Below are positions 21,101 to 33,130 of a DNA stretch of 64,000 bases, piece by piece. Made by a program: the position numbers and the translations under genes. The DNA is from Amoebophrya sp. A120 (taxonomy: Eukaryota; Protista; Dinoflagellata): positions 369,914-433,913 of the forward strand of contig CAJINV010000011.1 of assembly GCA_905178155.1 (NCBI GenBank), read 5' to 3'. The notes beneath the pieces are model-generated. The model did not search any database. It had not been told where the DNA came from and saw nothing but the letters and a program-made list of their open reading frames with translations. Position 1 is the stretch's first letter, and every line of letters starts with the position of its first letter.

Positions 21101-24100
21101 CGATATTCGTCTAGTCTACCCTCAGTACCAGTGCAGCTCTTTATTTCTATCGTTATCCAGTCCGGCGCCCCCCGGGAGGAGATGCTGCTTGGTATGGTTT
21201 TCATCGGTCGTGTTTGCCATCATTTTTACAACGTTTTTGTCGAGGACATCGTCAAACATGCAGCGCTCCAGGATTTGCATCACCAATGTTGTCTGACTTG
21301 GTTCTACTTTCATCTCGGTGTCACTTCCGGAGGACGAGGACCACGAGTCTTCAAAACTATCTTCCTCAACATCGTAGTTCCCGCATGCACTTTCCGTCAA
21401 CATTTGGATTTCCGCATGCCCTTTCCAGTCGTCCTGATTCAGTTTTGCCAGCGGTCGCAAGTTATCGATAATCCGTTTCACGTGCTGATCGAGTAGACTC
21501 AAAACGCGCAAAACGTCAGTGTAGTTATTTTTCGTCGTCGCAATTTCCAGCCCGGCCAGCGCAGCGTGGTGCAGTGCTTTCAACTGCGCAGCCCGATGCT
21601 CCAGCAGGTTCCGCAGCTGGCTGGCTTTCTTTTTCCGCAGCTCGTGTTCTTTCACTGCAGCTTCGTCGACTTCTTCGCTGTCTTTACTCTTTTGGTTTTC
21701 ATCTGTAGTGCCATCTTTGGTCGTGGTCGTGGTTTTCTTGCCGCGTGTAGAAGTCGTTCTGTCTTTCTTCTTGCCACCAGAGGACAAGTTTCGCTTTGCA
21801 AGTTCCACAGCGACGGAGTTGTCCTCGTGCGCTGCTAGGTAGATCGCCACATCGATCAGCAACAAGGTTAAAAGTGCGCTGGAGAACTGACACAGAACAG
21901 CTTTTTCTTGTTCTGTAAGGAGGACCTCCACCGGCAGAACAGTACTATCATTTTCCCCGACCGGTACAACCGTTGGTTCTTTTTCTTTCCCTGGAGAGGA
22001 CGACCTGCAGATCTTGCTCAGCCCGTTCTTATGATCCTCGTCGTTGAAAAATTGCAAATGGTGCACCAGGTACTCTGCGATCTTGAAAAACCTCCGCTCG
22101 ACTTCCAGTGCGCGCAGTTTCTTGAATTCTTCCGAGGAAAAAACTTCCTCGGCCAACTCGTCAGGGAACAGTAATTCTTCGTCGGCGTCATCAGCTTGAA
22201 TTTTCTTCCAAAGCTCCGTCCACCGCGCGCCATCACTGCCTTTTTCAGTGCCGAAAACTTTCCGGACCTTTTCCCCGGCTTTTTCGATCGCTTTTTCGGG
22301 ATTGTGCGCTTTGCGCCGGAGCTGCAGGTTGCGCAGAGCAGTTCTGATTAAGGGGTTCTCGAGAAACAACAGCTCCTCATGCGGAACGGAGCCAAAGGTA
22401 AAGTTGTTCTGAGCACGATTTGTCTTCGTGTTGATTGTCTTCTTGTTCTTCTCCTTGTCCTTCCCCTTGATGTTCCCTGAACTTATTGTCGTCGTCGCAG
22501 GATGATTTATTTTGCTGATATCACCAAGATCCTTTTTCACCGCGGACCCGGTCCGCACACACGCCACCAACGAGTTTACAAAGCCGTGCTTCAAGGACTT
22601 GACTCTCGCCTTCGCTTGCTCTTCCGTCAAGAGTTTCGTCTGGTGTTGTGCCTGTTTGTTCTGCTTTGCCTTGCTATTTTTGCCGGGTTCGACGTTGTTC
22701 TTCACGGGTTCTCCTTCTACCTCCTCCTTACCTTCTTTCTGATAGTTTGTCGAATGTTTGTCGACAGAAGAACCGAGGTTGTTCTTGTTCTGCGTCGCGC
22801 GAAACACCATTGCGGGGACGGTTTCGAAGTACAGAGTGCCATCGTCAGGCGTCTTGTCGTACGGCCGCCGGTCCAAACACATCGGCTGGATCGGAATCTA
22901 AGATTAGAATTTAGTATTATAGGATTTAGTGTTTCATATTCATGCGATGTTGTTGAAAAGAACTTCCAAGCGCTGTTCATGATCATGTTGATCGACTTAG
23001 TAAGTACCTTTCTCGTCGTAGCACCATCTGCCCCCGGGAGGTTCAAGAAATCTTCCCCGTCGAAAGGACAAACTGAGCGTTTCAATATTTCCAGGAGGTC
23101 TCCCACGTACTCTGGAGTCGCGTCGAACGAAGAACAAGGCATGGTACGGAATAACAGCAGCTCCATCGTGTTTCGTGTTTTTGCTCTAAAAGGAATTGAA
23201 AAAGTAACGACAGAAGAGCCTAAAGGAATCTCATTTAGAGCAACGCACTACATAAAATAGCAGACACTTGACACACATAAAGAGGAGGCTGTTGGTCTCC
23301 GGTCCTCGGTCCTCACTCCATCACGAGGCAATATATGAGGAGATAAGAAGGGAGAAGCACCAGACACATAAGAAGGAGGTTGTTGGTCTCCGGTCCTCGG
23401 TCCTCATTCCATCACGAGGTAATATATGAGGAGATAAGAAGGGAGAAACACCAGACACATAAGAAGGAGGCTGGTGGTCTCCGGTCCTCGGTCCTCACTC
23501 CATCGCGAGGTAATATATGACGCGATAAGAAGGTAGAAGCGCCAGACACATAAGAAGGAGGTTGTTGGTCTCCGGTCCTCGGTCCCCACTTCGTCGCGAG
23601 GTAATATATGACGAGATAAGAAGGCAAAAGCGCCAGACACATAAGAAGGAGGCCGATGGTCTCCGGTCCTCGGGCCTCAGTTCATCTGGGGGCAATTAAT
23701 ACGCGACGGGACAAGAAGGTAGAAACAACAGACACATATGAGGGAGGTTTGTGGCCTCCGGTCCCGGTAGCCGGCCCGCCGGTGTTGCTAGTACCTCCCT
23801 CGCAAAGTGCTGGCCCGCTGCAGCGATTCGCAGCACATCTACAGACTCCGCGAGCCGCTGTGCTGCCGTCCCAGACGCGGGCCGACTGGCGTTCCCACTT
23901 TTGCGCCGGCGCATGTGGCTCCGAAGCCGATGCCGCTGTGTCTGAGAAGTCGACTTCCATCCGCTCTGCTATTATAGTACAGCTACAGCGCCCGGATACA
24001 GCTCGTTTTGCGCGCCCAGAGATCTTTCTCGACCGACGGCGCGATCATGCCGAGCTCGCGCCGCTTCTCCTCTGATGGCGTTGGTTCCCCCTCCGCTGCC

Positions 24101-27100
24101 ACCTTCAGGGCCCTCGCGAGGGGTAGTCAACTGCCCACCGCCGGGCCGGATGGGAAAACGAAAAAAAAACGCGCCGGCCTCTTTCGGCACCCCCCCCCGG
24201 GGGACCTCGTGCGCAACGACATCCATGCCGCCGCTGACGAAAGCCGGTCCGTGTAGCTGAAAACTGCTTGCTTCGCCCCCCTTTCGGCTGCGCTGCTAGC
24301 GTTGCTAATGTGGTCCCTGGTTGTGCACCGTCTGGCCAGCGGCGGGCGGCCCGTTGGTACGGCACCACCTTCCGCCGATGTTGGTTGGCCTTGGTTGGTG
24401 GGGCCATCCAACAGCATGCAGGCAAATACCCTTCGGGCCCGGCAGGCTTGTCAGCGCGCGAGCCCATTTGGCCGGACTGTGTTGCGTTCTTAGTGTAAGA
24501 AAGAGCTGAAATCTTACAAAATGGCCCAAAGTTTGCGCGCTGGAACGAAGCGAAGGGGGTGGCGTTCTCTTACGAAAAAAGGCTGCATTTTGCCAGTCAG
24601 TAGCCCGCGCGCATATAGATACGCCATCACTCACGTGGAGCAAGTAGCCGCACATCCTTGATGACATCGATCCAGTAGCGACACAGACGCGCAGCAACTG
24701 CAGCGCCAGGGTCTCCTCCTGTGAAATCACAGCACCGCGCGACCCGCAGCGAGTGCGTGGGTTGGCCGTTGGCGAGCATTTCTGCGGCCCCGCAAAAAGC
24801 AAAAGGTGGCGAAGCAAGGCGATGCTGATACTCGTGTCGTTGCACGCGAGGGAACTTACCTGCCTGCCGCCTGCCTCCGTAGCTTGCAGGAAATCTCCGG
24901 AGCGTTGTAGGCCGCCGCTTGCTGGAAAAAAACCTGCCGCATTTTGATGATGATGGCGCTGCGCTCGGGCTACGGCACACGGGCGCACGCTTTTGGACAG
25001 GTTTTCCCCGCGCGGCACTAGGTATTTATAGGCGCGCCGACTTTCGGAAACTCCTTCCACATTCAAATGCGCGCGCAGTTTCTTCGTGTAAAAGTACACC
25101 AAGGACCGAACTCAAAAGACATCGCCGGCCTTCTCAGCCGGTCGGTGACCGATATACGCGAGCGCCGTTGGCCGACATCTGCGCGGCGCGCCCGACTTTC
25201 TTTGTGACATGAGTGGCAAGAGAGATCTTCTCTTGCTCGACATATGTACACCAGCACCATCATCACACACCGGCGACGATGGTGGCACAAGAAGGCGTCC
25301 AAATGGAACTGCCCACCTCGGTCGGCTCCGTCGCGTCAAACTCAAAACGGCGAGAAATCGCCGCACACCGCCACGCTCTTTGATCCGGGGCTGTGCTTCG
25401 CACGTAGTCGCTTCACTTCGCCCACTCTTTCGCTCAGAGTCGCCTCGCCTCACTTCTACGCTTTAGCCAGTGTCGGTTTGGGAAAGCTTGCCCGGCAAGT
25501 GAAGCCGACTAGTGACGCTGTCTCGCGCGCGTCCTCTGCTTCGTTCCGTCGCGTCAAAACAGCGAGGGACCAACTTGGCCGAGAGTTCGACTGCGAGCGC
25601 TGCGGAAAGACATCAGGCAGGCGAGTAGGGCAGTGCCCGACTCGCTTGCTACCCACTTAGACTCGCTGTCTCCCACTCCTTCGCACATAGTCGCGGCCTT
25701 TGTTCCTGGGCTGTTCTTCGCACATAGTCAGTCCGTTTCGCTCTCTCACTCGATCGCACGTAGTCACTTCGCTCCACTTCTACGCTTTTCTTTGCCAGTG
25801 TCGGCGGAGTAGAAATGAAAAGGGGCCACCTCGGAAGCAGTCTACTAGTCAACAACTTGGGAGGAGATATACTTTCGCCCTGACATCCGCGTCCACAATT
25901 CCGCCGCCTCCGATCGTGCGCGTTCTGATGATGATGCGCCGAGCTGTGAGGTCTGGGCTGTAAGTGAGTCTATCAGCTTCCCTGTCCTGCTTTGGTTTTG
26001 GGAAATGAAAAAAAACCGGCCTGCGTGGTGGATGAAAGTCGTAGAATAAGAAAACGGATCTGGATGCATTTGAAGGCGGTGCTGATCTTCTGCGCCGAAT
26101 TGGTCTGAAGTGGGTGCGTTGATCTTCTCACTATCTCAATCTGTGTCATATTGGAGCAAGTAGCGGACTTTCTGTAAAGGATGGGAGCGCTCCGCTCTGC
26201 ACATTGCAGAAAGCCGAGAAGTAAACTGCAATCCGCCAACGTGATCCCTCGTATTATCTTGCTCGACGGCATTGCTCAAACCGCGACAGCTCGGCCCTTT
26301 CGCTTCGTAAGAGCCGTAGTAAAGCTCGCAGGGTGCTGCTGCTGCTGAAGCAGGAGCCTGATACTTGACAAGCCCAGAAGAATACTGCCACGGAAGACAA
26401 ATGGCCGATCGCCTGGCTTGGATAGCTTTCTCGCTTTTTTTCTCTCGTGCCTGGGCATGGCGTCAAATGTTCAAGGCCCATTGCTTTCATCTCCATCCAT
26501 TTGGATAACTCTAGAGACCGGACCTCGCCCGTTATGCCGTGTGGCCTGCTTCTGATTCTTAACTTGATTTAATTATCGGGATCGTCAAAGCTGTGACGAC
26601 GGTGCCACTTTTAAACTTCCCGATCTGCTCGCTTGGGAAGGACCTCAGAACCAACGCGATTGCGGTTGATTTCCTCCGCGGTGCTCTTCTGGCTGCTACT
26701 ACCGTAGCGCTGCAGATCCTCAAAAATGACCTTCGAGAGCGCTCTTGATTGACTGCTGCCACTGTTGCGGCACTCCTGCTGTTTTGAAGAGGAGCGAGGT
26801 GCCATATTGGGGTGGTGTTGATGATCTGCCTGCGATTTCGTAGGAGGAGCAACGCTGGGCCGAGTGTGCCGCCGGAGGATCGCAGGGGCCCTAGCTTTAT
26901 CGAGTGCGTTCGCCATAGAGAATCGGGCGGCTTTTCGCAGCGACAGCTCAGAGCACCTCCATCGCCTTCAACGGTGCTACAGCTCTGAAGAAGAAAAAGG
27001 GCGCGCGCGCCTGAATTCTTCCAATGGCGGCCGACATGGCCCCAGCGACTTGCTCCTCCAGAACTGTAACTGGCGAGCGAAAAAATAACAAAAAACACAC

Positions 27101-28613
27101 GAAAAAGCTCCGCACTTTCGCGGGCGTCCGGACCGAGGACCGGAGGCCAACAGACTCCCGCTCATGTGTGTCCCCCTTCTCCTTTCTTCTCTCTTTATAT
27201 ATTGCCTCGCGAGGGACTGGGGGCCGAGGATGGGAGACCAACAAACCCCCTCCTATGTGTCTGGGTTTTCTGCCTTCTTATCTCGTCAGCCATTACCTTG
27301 CGAGGGACTGAGGACCGAGGACCGGAGACCAAGAAACCCCCTTTCATGTGTCTCAGCTTTCTACCTTCTTATCTCGTCAGATATTACCTTGCGAGGGACT
27401 GAGGACCGAGGACCGGAGACCAAGAAACCCCCTTTCATGTGCCTCAGCTTTCTACCTTCTTATCTCGTCAGGTATTACCTTGCGAGGGACTGAGGACCGA
27501 GGACCGGAAACCAAGAAACCCCCTTTCATGTGTCTCAGCTTTCTACCTTCTTATCTCGTCATGTATTACCATGCGAGGGACTGAGGACCGAGGACCGGAG
27601 ACCAAGAAACTCCCTTTCATGTGTCTCAACTTTCGACCTTCTTAGCTCTTCAAGTATTCCCTTGTGAGCGACTGAGGACCGAGGACCGGAGACCAAGAAG
27701 GCCCCTCTCATGAGTTGCGAGGAAGGTTCTTCCTTTTGCGGAAGTTGAGCGGCTGAGTGTTGTTTGTTGTTGTTGCAGTTCTTGCTCAAGTAGAGAAAAA
27801 ACGCCAATCACGATGGAGCTGCTGTTATTCCGTACCATGCCAAGAACAAGAATCCGAGGACTTCTTCGGGCCGTCTTGTGCTTGTGTGGATTGCAAAAAT
27901 GTCTGGGTCTGGAAACTTGTAATGCTGCGTTGGGAATAGTGAATGCTCTGTAATGCACAGCCAAGCATGAGAAATATCTGCGCTTCGTTGTGTTGCGTTT
28001 TTCGAATGACAAACTGCGTTTTTGCATGACAGGCAAAAGGGTCTCTTCTTGGACACGCATCACAAACTTTTTGGTCATGCCAGACAAGCATGACAAGTCT
28101 CTCAATATTCCAGACCCAGACATTTTTGCATTTGATAGCCTGTGGTCCCATGATCTTTTTACTCGAGGACGATAAAGCTGGAGCGGAAGAGGACAATTCT
28201 TTTTTAAAAAGGACAATAGTTGTCAACTGGTGTTGCAACAAGCGGGCCATCGGTTCCTGGGCCAGGCTCACCAAAAAGTCCAGGAAGAAATACTCGTGCT
28301 TGAACCCGATCGGCTCCCGCTGGGAAAAGTGTAACTGCACGTCCCGAGGCTGGGAGGCCAGATGCGGGTACTGAAACTTCGGATAGTATTTCATCCTCAC
28401 GTGGTCTTTCGCGGGACATTTCTCCTCGTCTTCGAAAAGGGTGGAAGATAAACCTCCCGGCGGTTGGTCGAGCAGGCAAAGCTTCCTCCGCTTGCCCTTT
28501 ATCTTCTTTGGCTTTATCGTCGAAGATTTTTGCAGAGCCATCCCGTGAACCGCCTCGGCCTTGCGGTCGCTGAAACCAATCGGCAAGTTGTTGGTGGTCG
28601 CATTGAGCAAGTG
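15167..28613 (-). CDS. Host gene B, upstream multi-exon part (unknown large protein; one PDZ-like motif); 5' end unresolved
   Basis: ORFs 27825-28610, 22717-23166, 21122-22882, 20411-20896, 19990-20349, 19332-19793, 18814-19200, 17415-18260, 16475-17017, 15464-16297 and 15067-15309 join in frame via the introners, GT-AG introns and TE empty sites listed. The 20900-21130 junction is not fully resolved. Confidence 0.72.
15331..15502 (-). other. Predicted canonical GT-AG intron
   Basis: AAG|GTATAT...TACCAG|GCT joins EKRK to ARPSYRVLNPEH in frame. Confidence 0.6.
16260..16521. mobile_element. Introner, family 1 (TIR TAT..ATGYAAAAATGTCTGGGTCTGGAA)
   Basis: TIRs at both ends; perfect 5-bp DR AGGAA; removal gives IEPGSSSSSPASFDP in frame. 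Confidence 0.9.
17024..17420 (-). other. Predicted canonical GT-AG intron
   Basis: GAG|GTATAA...TGTTAG|CAC joins DGEE to HVMLQG; AT-rich interior. Confidence 0.65.
18255..18505. mobile_element. Introner, family 1
   Basis: TIRs; DR TTCAC/ATCAC; removal gives LDETEVKKTYQN. Confidence 0.88.
18564..18825. mobile_element. Introner, family 1
   Basis: TIRs; DR TAGGT/CTGGT (3/5); removal gives SAANLISTVRPEK. Confidence 0.85.
19218..19453 (-). other. Predicted canonical GT-AG intron splitting a PDZ-like motif
   Basis: CGA G|GTACTT...TTAAAG|GT GAT gives PLAACLKRGDLILAVNDQPISS. Confidence 0.65.
19810..20018. mobile_element. Introner, family 3 (TIR TATGCAAGAAAAAAGCTGTGTCAGTGTAA)
   Basis: Imperfect TIR; DR GCTTC/CCTTC; removal gives SFTVKRDGEVRVEE. 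Confidence 0.85.
20343..20490 (-). other. Predicted canonical GT-AG intron
   Basis: GCA G|GTTTGC...TGACAG|TT TTG gives QEAVLLMPGEE. Confidence 0.55.
22898..23007 (-). other. Predicted canonical GT-AG intron
   Basis: AAG|GTACTT...TCTTAG|ATT gives TTRKIPIQPMCLD, joining two ORFs in frame. Confidence 0.55.
23271..23770 (+). repeat. 91-bp tandem array (~5.5 copies), left arm of the TIR element
   Basis: Unit AGACACATAAGAAGGAGG..TGGTCTCCGGTCCTCGGTCCTCA.. recurs every 91 nt. Confidence 0.9.
27130..27712 (-). repeat. 91-bp tandem array (~6.5 copies), right arm, inverted relative to the left arm
   Basis: TGAGGACCGAGGACCGGAGACCAA.. recurs every 91 nt; related to the reverse complement of the left unit. 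Confidence 0.9.
27885..28137. mobile_element. Introner, family 1 (in frame and stop-free)
   Basis: TIRs; DR GCTTG/GCCTG; removal gives MGPQAQDGPKK; ORF 27825..28610 reads straight through it. Confidence 0.88.
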
Positions 28614-30755
28614 CTGGTTTTAGGTTTGTTGTTGTTAACGCAGATGATTTTTCTTGAGATAAGCAGCCCACGCAAGACGAAGATCGTAGAAACATGATCT
28701 ACTTCACATAAGCGCCCAATTACGACGAGACCACCATGCATGTGCTATATTTGCCCTCGTTGTCACGAAGTTCATTGTGCATTCGTGTTCAAGAACACTT
28801 GGATGTACTATGTTTGTAATATACCTTCGTAGACAATTCTTCGTTGACGAAGAAATCCGCATTTTCGTCTTGTTTTTCCTGGTACTCCCCGATTTCGATA
28901 CCGTCCTGCATAATGCCCTCGGTAAAGCACCGCGACCCCAGGGTTGTATGCAAGCGAAAAATTTATTTCGGAGTCGGGCCAGAATTTGAATTTCAGACAC
29001 AAAAACTTCTACGCAAGTGAGCTGCAACTGGTACAACTTCACGCAACAACTATTCGTAAGACTATTCGTAAGGGTACTAAGACCCTATCGTTTAGTACAT
29101 GACATGGAACACCACGAAGAGCAACATGACCTTGATGTCTCCACCTCATGCATCCCAAATTCCTTGTTGACCACTTCTCGGATAATTTTCTGCATCATAC
29201 GCCGGGGCGAAAGTCGTGTACGATACCATCTTAGCCGCGAAAGATGCTGGTACTGCTCCGTAGTGCCTCGGCGTAGAAGTTGTTTTCGATGGATTTGTAG
29301 TGGAAACGATGTTCTTTTTTGACGAAATTTTACGGGGTGGAGGGGGTCGCTCCAGCGGTTTTGTCGGGGCGGGTGTCCTTCAGGTTGTCGGAGTCGATCT
29401 TTATCTTCCTATAGCGTAGGGGGGAATCGTTATTTTTTCTGCATTTGTGTTGTGGGGGTAACGGTATTAAGTTGTACGAAGATCACTGCGTCGAGCTTCA
29501 TTTCTACGTCCCATTTATTCTGAGGGGTTCTACTTCTACGTGCCATTTCTATGTTTGTCCTGACAGCTGTTCCAGACGACGTGCGTCGTTGTATCCATCC
29601 GAGCCATTCAAAACGCTTTATCCTGTGGTCTCCGCGAAAATTTTGGAACGTGAATTCACTGTTTCAAACAACTGCCGCTGTTGTCAAAAAGAGAGCTACA
29701 CGCTCTATGCTGACGCCTGACCAAGAACTCTTTGAAAAGTGATGCAGGTGTTCGAGAAAAGAAAAAGGAACCTTAGTGCATGATGGGCCTTAGTACTTGG
29801 TTGCACAAGACCACATCTACTTCTAGGTGGTGCTGTGCCTCTTTCGCAAGACAAAGTCACTACGGGTCGGAAGATGAAAGAAAGTCGCGGAACAACATCG
29901 ATGGAAAAATCCTATACGAAAAATTAGAAATCAATGTAGGGATCTTTGTCTTTTCACGTTTCTTTGGGATTGTTTTTTGCGCTGCACCAAACCTATCTTT
30001 TTTTCCAAGTATTAAACACATGCATCTCTGTTGCAAAAGAAAACGTCGTGCTAAATTGCAGTAGGGGGATCAACCTCGTCGTGAAAATGCACGCCATACG
30101 CCGAACAATTCGCCCCATCAAAATTGTAGGGGAGTGGTCTTCACACATAGAGGCAGAAACTGCTTTCTCGCCTGTTTTTACCGCAGGAAACACCTCGCTG
30201 CTTCTCTTCCGTAGAAAGATTTGTCGAGCTCGAAAGAATGGAATGAGTTCAGTTGGTTTGACGCGGAGTGAACAAAGCCCTTTTTATTGCATGTGCTTGC
30301 AGAAGGATATAAAATGTTTGCCATTTCTATTTCTTTTTTTCAGATATTATGTGCGGGGCACGGGCAAAGGCATAGATACAACTCCACATCAAACAAAATC
30401 TACTGATGTAGACAAAAACTACATGTTTTTTGGCGTGATATGAAAAAAAGCAACATGCGCAAAAACATGAAAAAAAAATATCGAGAATACTACTAGCAAG
30501 AACCGAAAGTGGTACTAAACTAGCAGCACTTTCGACTTCTTCACGGACTCGCAAAATGCGGTGCCGTTCTATTGCATTTTCATCGCTGCGAAATAAAGCA
30601 GCCTAGAAAAGAACTCTGAGCTTGATGATCAATGTCACCAGCTTCATTTATACTTATTGCGTATTTTCCGTGCTGCCCGTAGCAGCACGGTGTCCCACTT
30701 AGAGTAGTAATTTGATTTTCCGACGCAAATAAGTTGAAAGTAAAAGTAAAAGTAT

Positions 30756-31586
30756 CTATGGCGGCGTCTGAGTGATTATTGTTTTATCGATTCAAAAATT
30801 CCCATTTCAATTTAAAAACAACTCTTATCCCAAGCTGTATCCATCTCTTCGTCGCGGGTCTGCAGGGTGGTTGCCGTCGCGGTTCCGGTGGTGCGTCAAC
30901 ATCCGGGCTCCAATTTATGCATATGAAAAGCGTTCCAATTTGAGCGAGCTAGATAAGGCAGCTCAGAGGATGTCTAAATAGGGTATGAAGTAAGCATGTA
31001 GCTGAGGCTAATATGGGCGCCAATAGCGCCGCTTGTAAGGTATCCTGCCACGCCTGTTGCCGCTGGTGCCCCGTCAAAAATTTGCATTTTTTGCTGCCGC
31101 GATTCAACAGAGGTTTTTAAATGGAAGTTTAGACCTATCAATTTGCCTCTATCTGAGCGCCAATTTCTCAGCGTGATTGAGAGGCTCAGTCCGAGGCTCA
31201 TTGAGAGGTCTCTAGAGAGGTCCGCAAATGCCTTCCGCCGATGATATGACGAAAAACAAAGCATACCATGACGGGGCACCAGGAACCAGCAATCAGCCGG
31301 CACCTGGGCAAGCAGCAACGAACCCGCTTCCAGAGGGCCTATTCCGGCCTCTGATTTCACCTTAAGCATGACCAAACTAGTTGCCTTATCTAGCTAGCTC
31401 AAATTGGAGCGCTCGTTTTGACTTGCGTACTCTTCTCCAACTGCTACCACCACGGGAGACGGCACCTGTACGCGCGCACGCGACGCGCGAAACAACACCT
31501 AAAGAGCACCTGATACTGCAATGTTTTTAATTTGAAATGGGAATTTTTGAATCGCCTTGACAGTAATCACTCAGACGCTGCCATAG
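30756..31586. mobile_element. 831-bp MITE-like TIR element
   Basis: ~65-bp imperfect TIR CTATGGCRGCGTCTGAGTGATTA..CGATTCAAAAATTCCCATTTCAA; flanked by TAT on both sides; second internal IR at ~30929-30963 and ~31380-31413. Confidence 0.8.
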
Positions 31587-33130
31587 TATCTTACCTTTAC
31601 GTATAATGTTGCTGCCCCAAAAACAAAATTTGGGGCAGTAGGAATTTCTGACGCCCACTTATGCGGTGCAACTTCGTCATTGGAAGCAGGAAACGCGGAG
31701 ACGGACACGACCAACTTCGTACTCGTAGAGGGGTTAGTTTGGAGGTACTTGTACCTCGAATAAATATAAAACTTTGCGCAGTCAACATATCGTCGTTGTT
31801 TTCTTCTGTAGTTATATTTCGCTTTCCGAGAATAGAAGGAGGTTGTTGTCACTGTAATTATTTCATTTTCCGGGTTTCTATCGCTGTAATTATTTCATTT
31901 TCCGGGTTTCTTCCCACTAAACAAATACAAATGCGTAAATGAGAAATTCGAAATTTGTATTTGATTCTGAGCAGGCGTTAAAAACTAAAATTGGAGTTTA
32001 GCGTATTTAGAAATATTCTTGCTCTTTATTTTGTTTGTTTATTGAGTGGTTCCAATGTACGTTGTATCTATACGTCGAGATTTATTTTCCTAGTCATACC
32101 AAATTCAGATGCTTACGCAGGGAAGGATAGTCGTCAATGGCTGATCTTAAGCGTAGGTACTGTTGCGTGATCTATGTGTATCGACAATTCTAGAGAAATA
32201 ACAGAGAGGGAAAAATAGTTGCGTCTTGAGAAATAAAGTCTTCTTGGGAAAATTTTCTGATATTGTCCTGATAACTACGGGTCTTGGTGTTGATGTAGAA
32301 GTGCTCAACTTCTTGGATTCAATTGCTTGAATGGATATATCAAACTCAGCTCTATCTATCAATATATCAAACTGAATCACATGTTCTGTATCTCAACAGC
32401 ACAGCTGAGCTAGGTTCTAAATCTTCGCTATAAGTAGGTGTAAAGCAAGTGTAAGGTTTAGAGTGGGGTGAGGACGGTTTTTCTGCGAGGTGGACCAGGA
32501 CCAAGCCGTGGTAATGTGCCTAGAGGTTCACTCTCGCAGTTTATGCGTTACAAATCTCTTTCTCAAGGTAAATCTAAATCCGCATTGCATAGTTAAATTT
32601 GTACTGAAGGGCTTCCAATTTGTAATGCAATTTATACTAGTACGAGGCTTTTGCATTGCATACCCATACGTAGAAAGAGGTGACAATAACCTCGTACTTC
32701 AACACAATCGTAGTGAAAGAATGATTTACGTTTAGCAAAATTTCGATTTTGCGTAACGCGAAGCTAAGTATCGTTTATTTTGTTTTGTTCCTCAGGTGTG
32801 CTCTGATCTTCATGTGTGTCTTATATTGCTGTGTAAAATCCCAGAGGGAAGAAGTAGCGCCGATATAATAAATATCTTGATAAACATCAAAAAAATCTTC
32901 AAAAATCCGCATGGCCTCGACGGTTTATTTGATATACATAGATTGCAAGGCGTTCTTCACTGAATCCGTCGAAGTTTATTTCCATACGACTTTGCGTATA
33001 AAAATAAAAAGGAAATACAACTGGAAGGTTCTGGTGGAAAAGCCTTACGACACGACATTGGAAGATCCGAAATATTTACAGAACATATTAAGATCACCAA
33101 TTTTTCTATTTTCCACAAGAACGAATCTCA

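Larger units (their letters stand above)
23138..27841. mobile_element. 4.7-kb foldback-like TIR DNA element, 8-bp TSD, apparently non-autonomous
   Basis: Perfect 33-bp TIR GGCATGGTACGGAATAACAGCAGCTCCATCGTG; TSD AAGAACAA at 23130-23137 and 27842-27849; inverted 91-bp arrays. The empty site reads KKSSDSCSSFDATPEY in frame. Confidence 0.9.

Noticed and set aside
23770-27130. Transposase or cargo gene in the 4.7-kb element (ORFs 24305-25102, 26559-27098)
   Set aside because: No DDE or other recognisable motif; frames are short and interrupted. A translated search is needed to exclude a decayed gene.
23271-27712. 91-bp repeats as a CRISPR array
   Set aside because: Whole units repeat without unique spacers, there are no cas genes, and the arrays are mirror arms of a TIR element.
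31852-31911. 28-bp direct duplication CTGTAATTATTTCATTTTCCGGGTTTCT
   Set aside because: Simple local duplication with no further structure.
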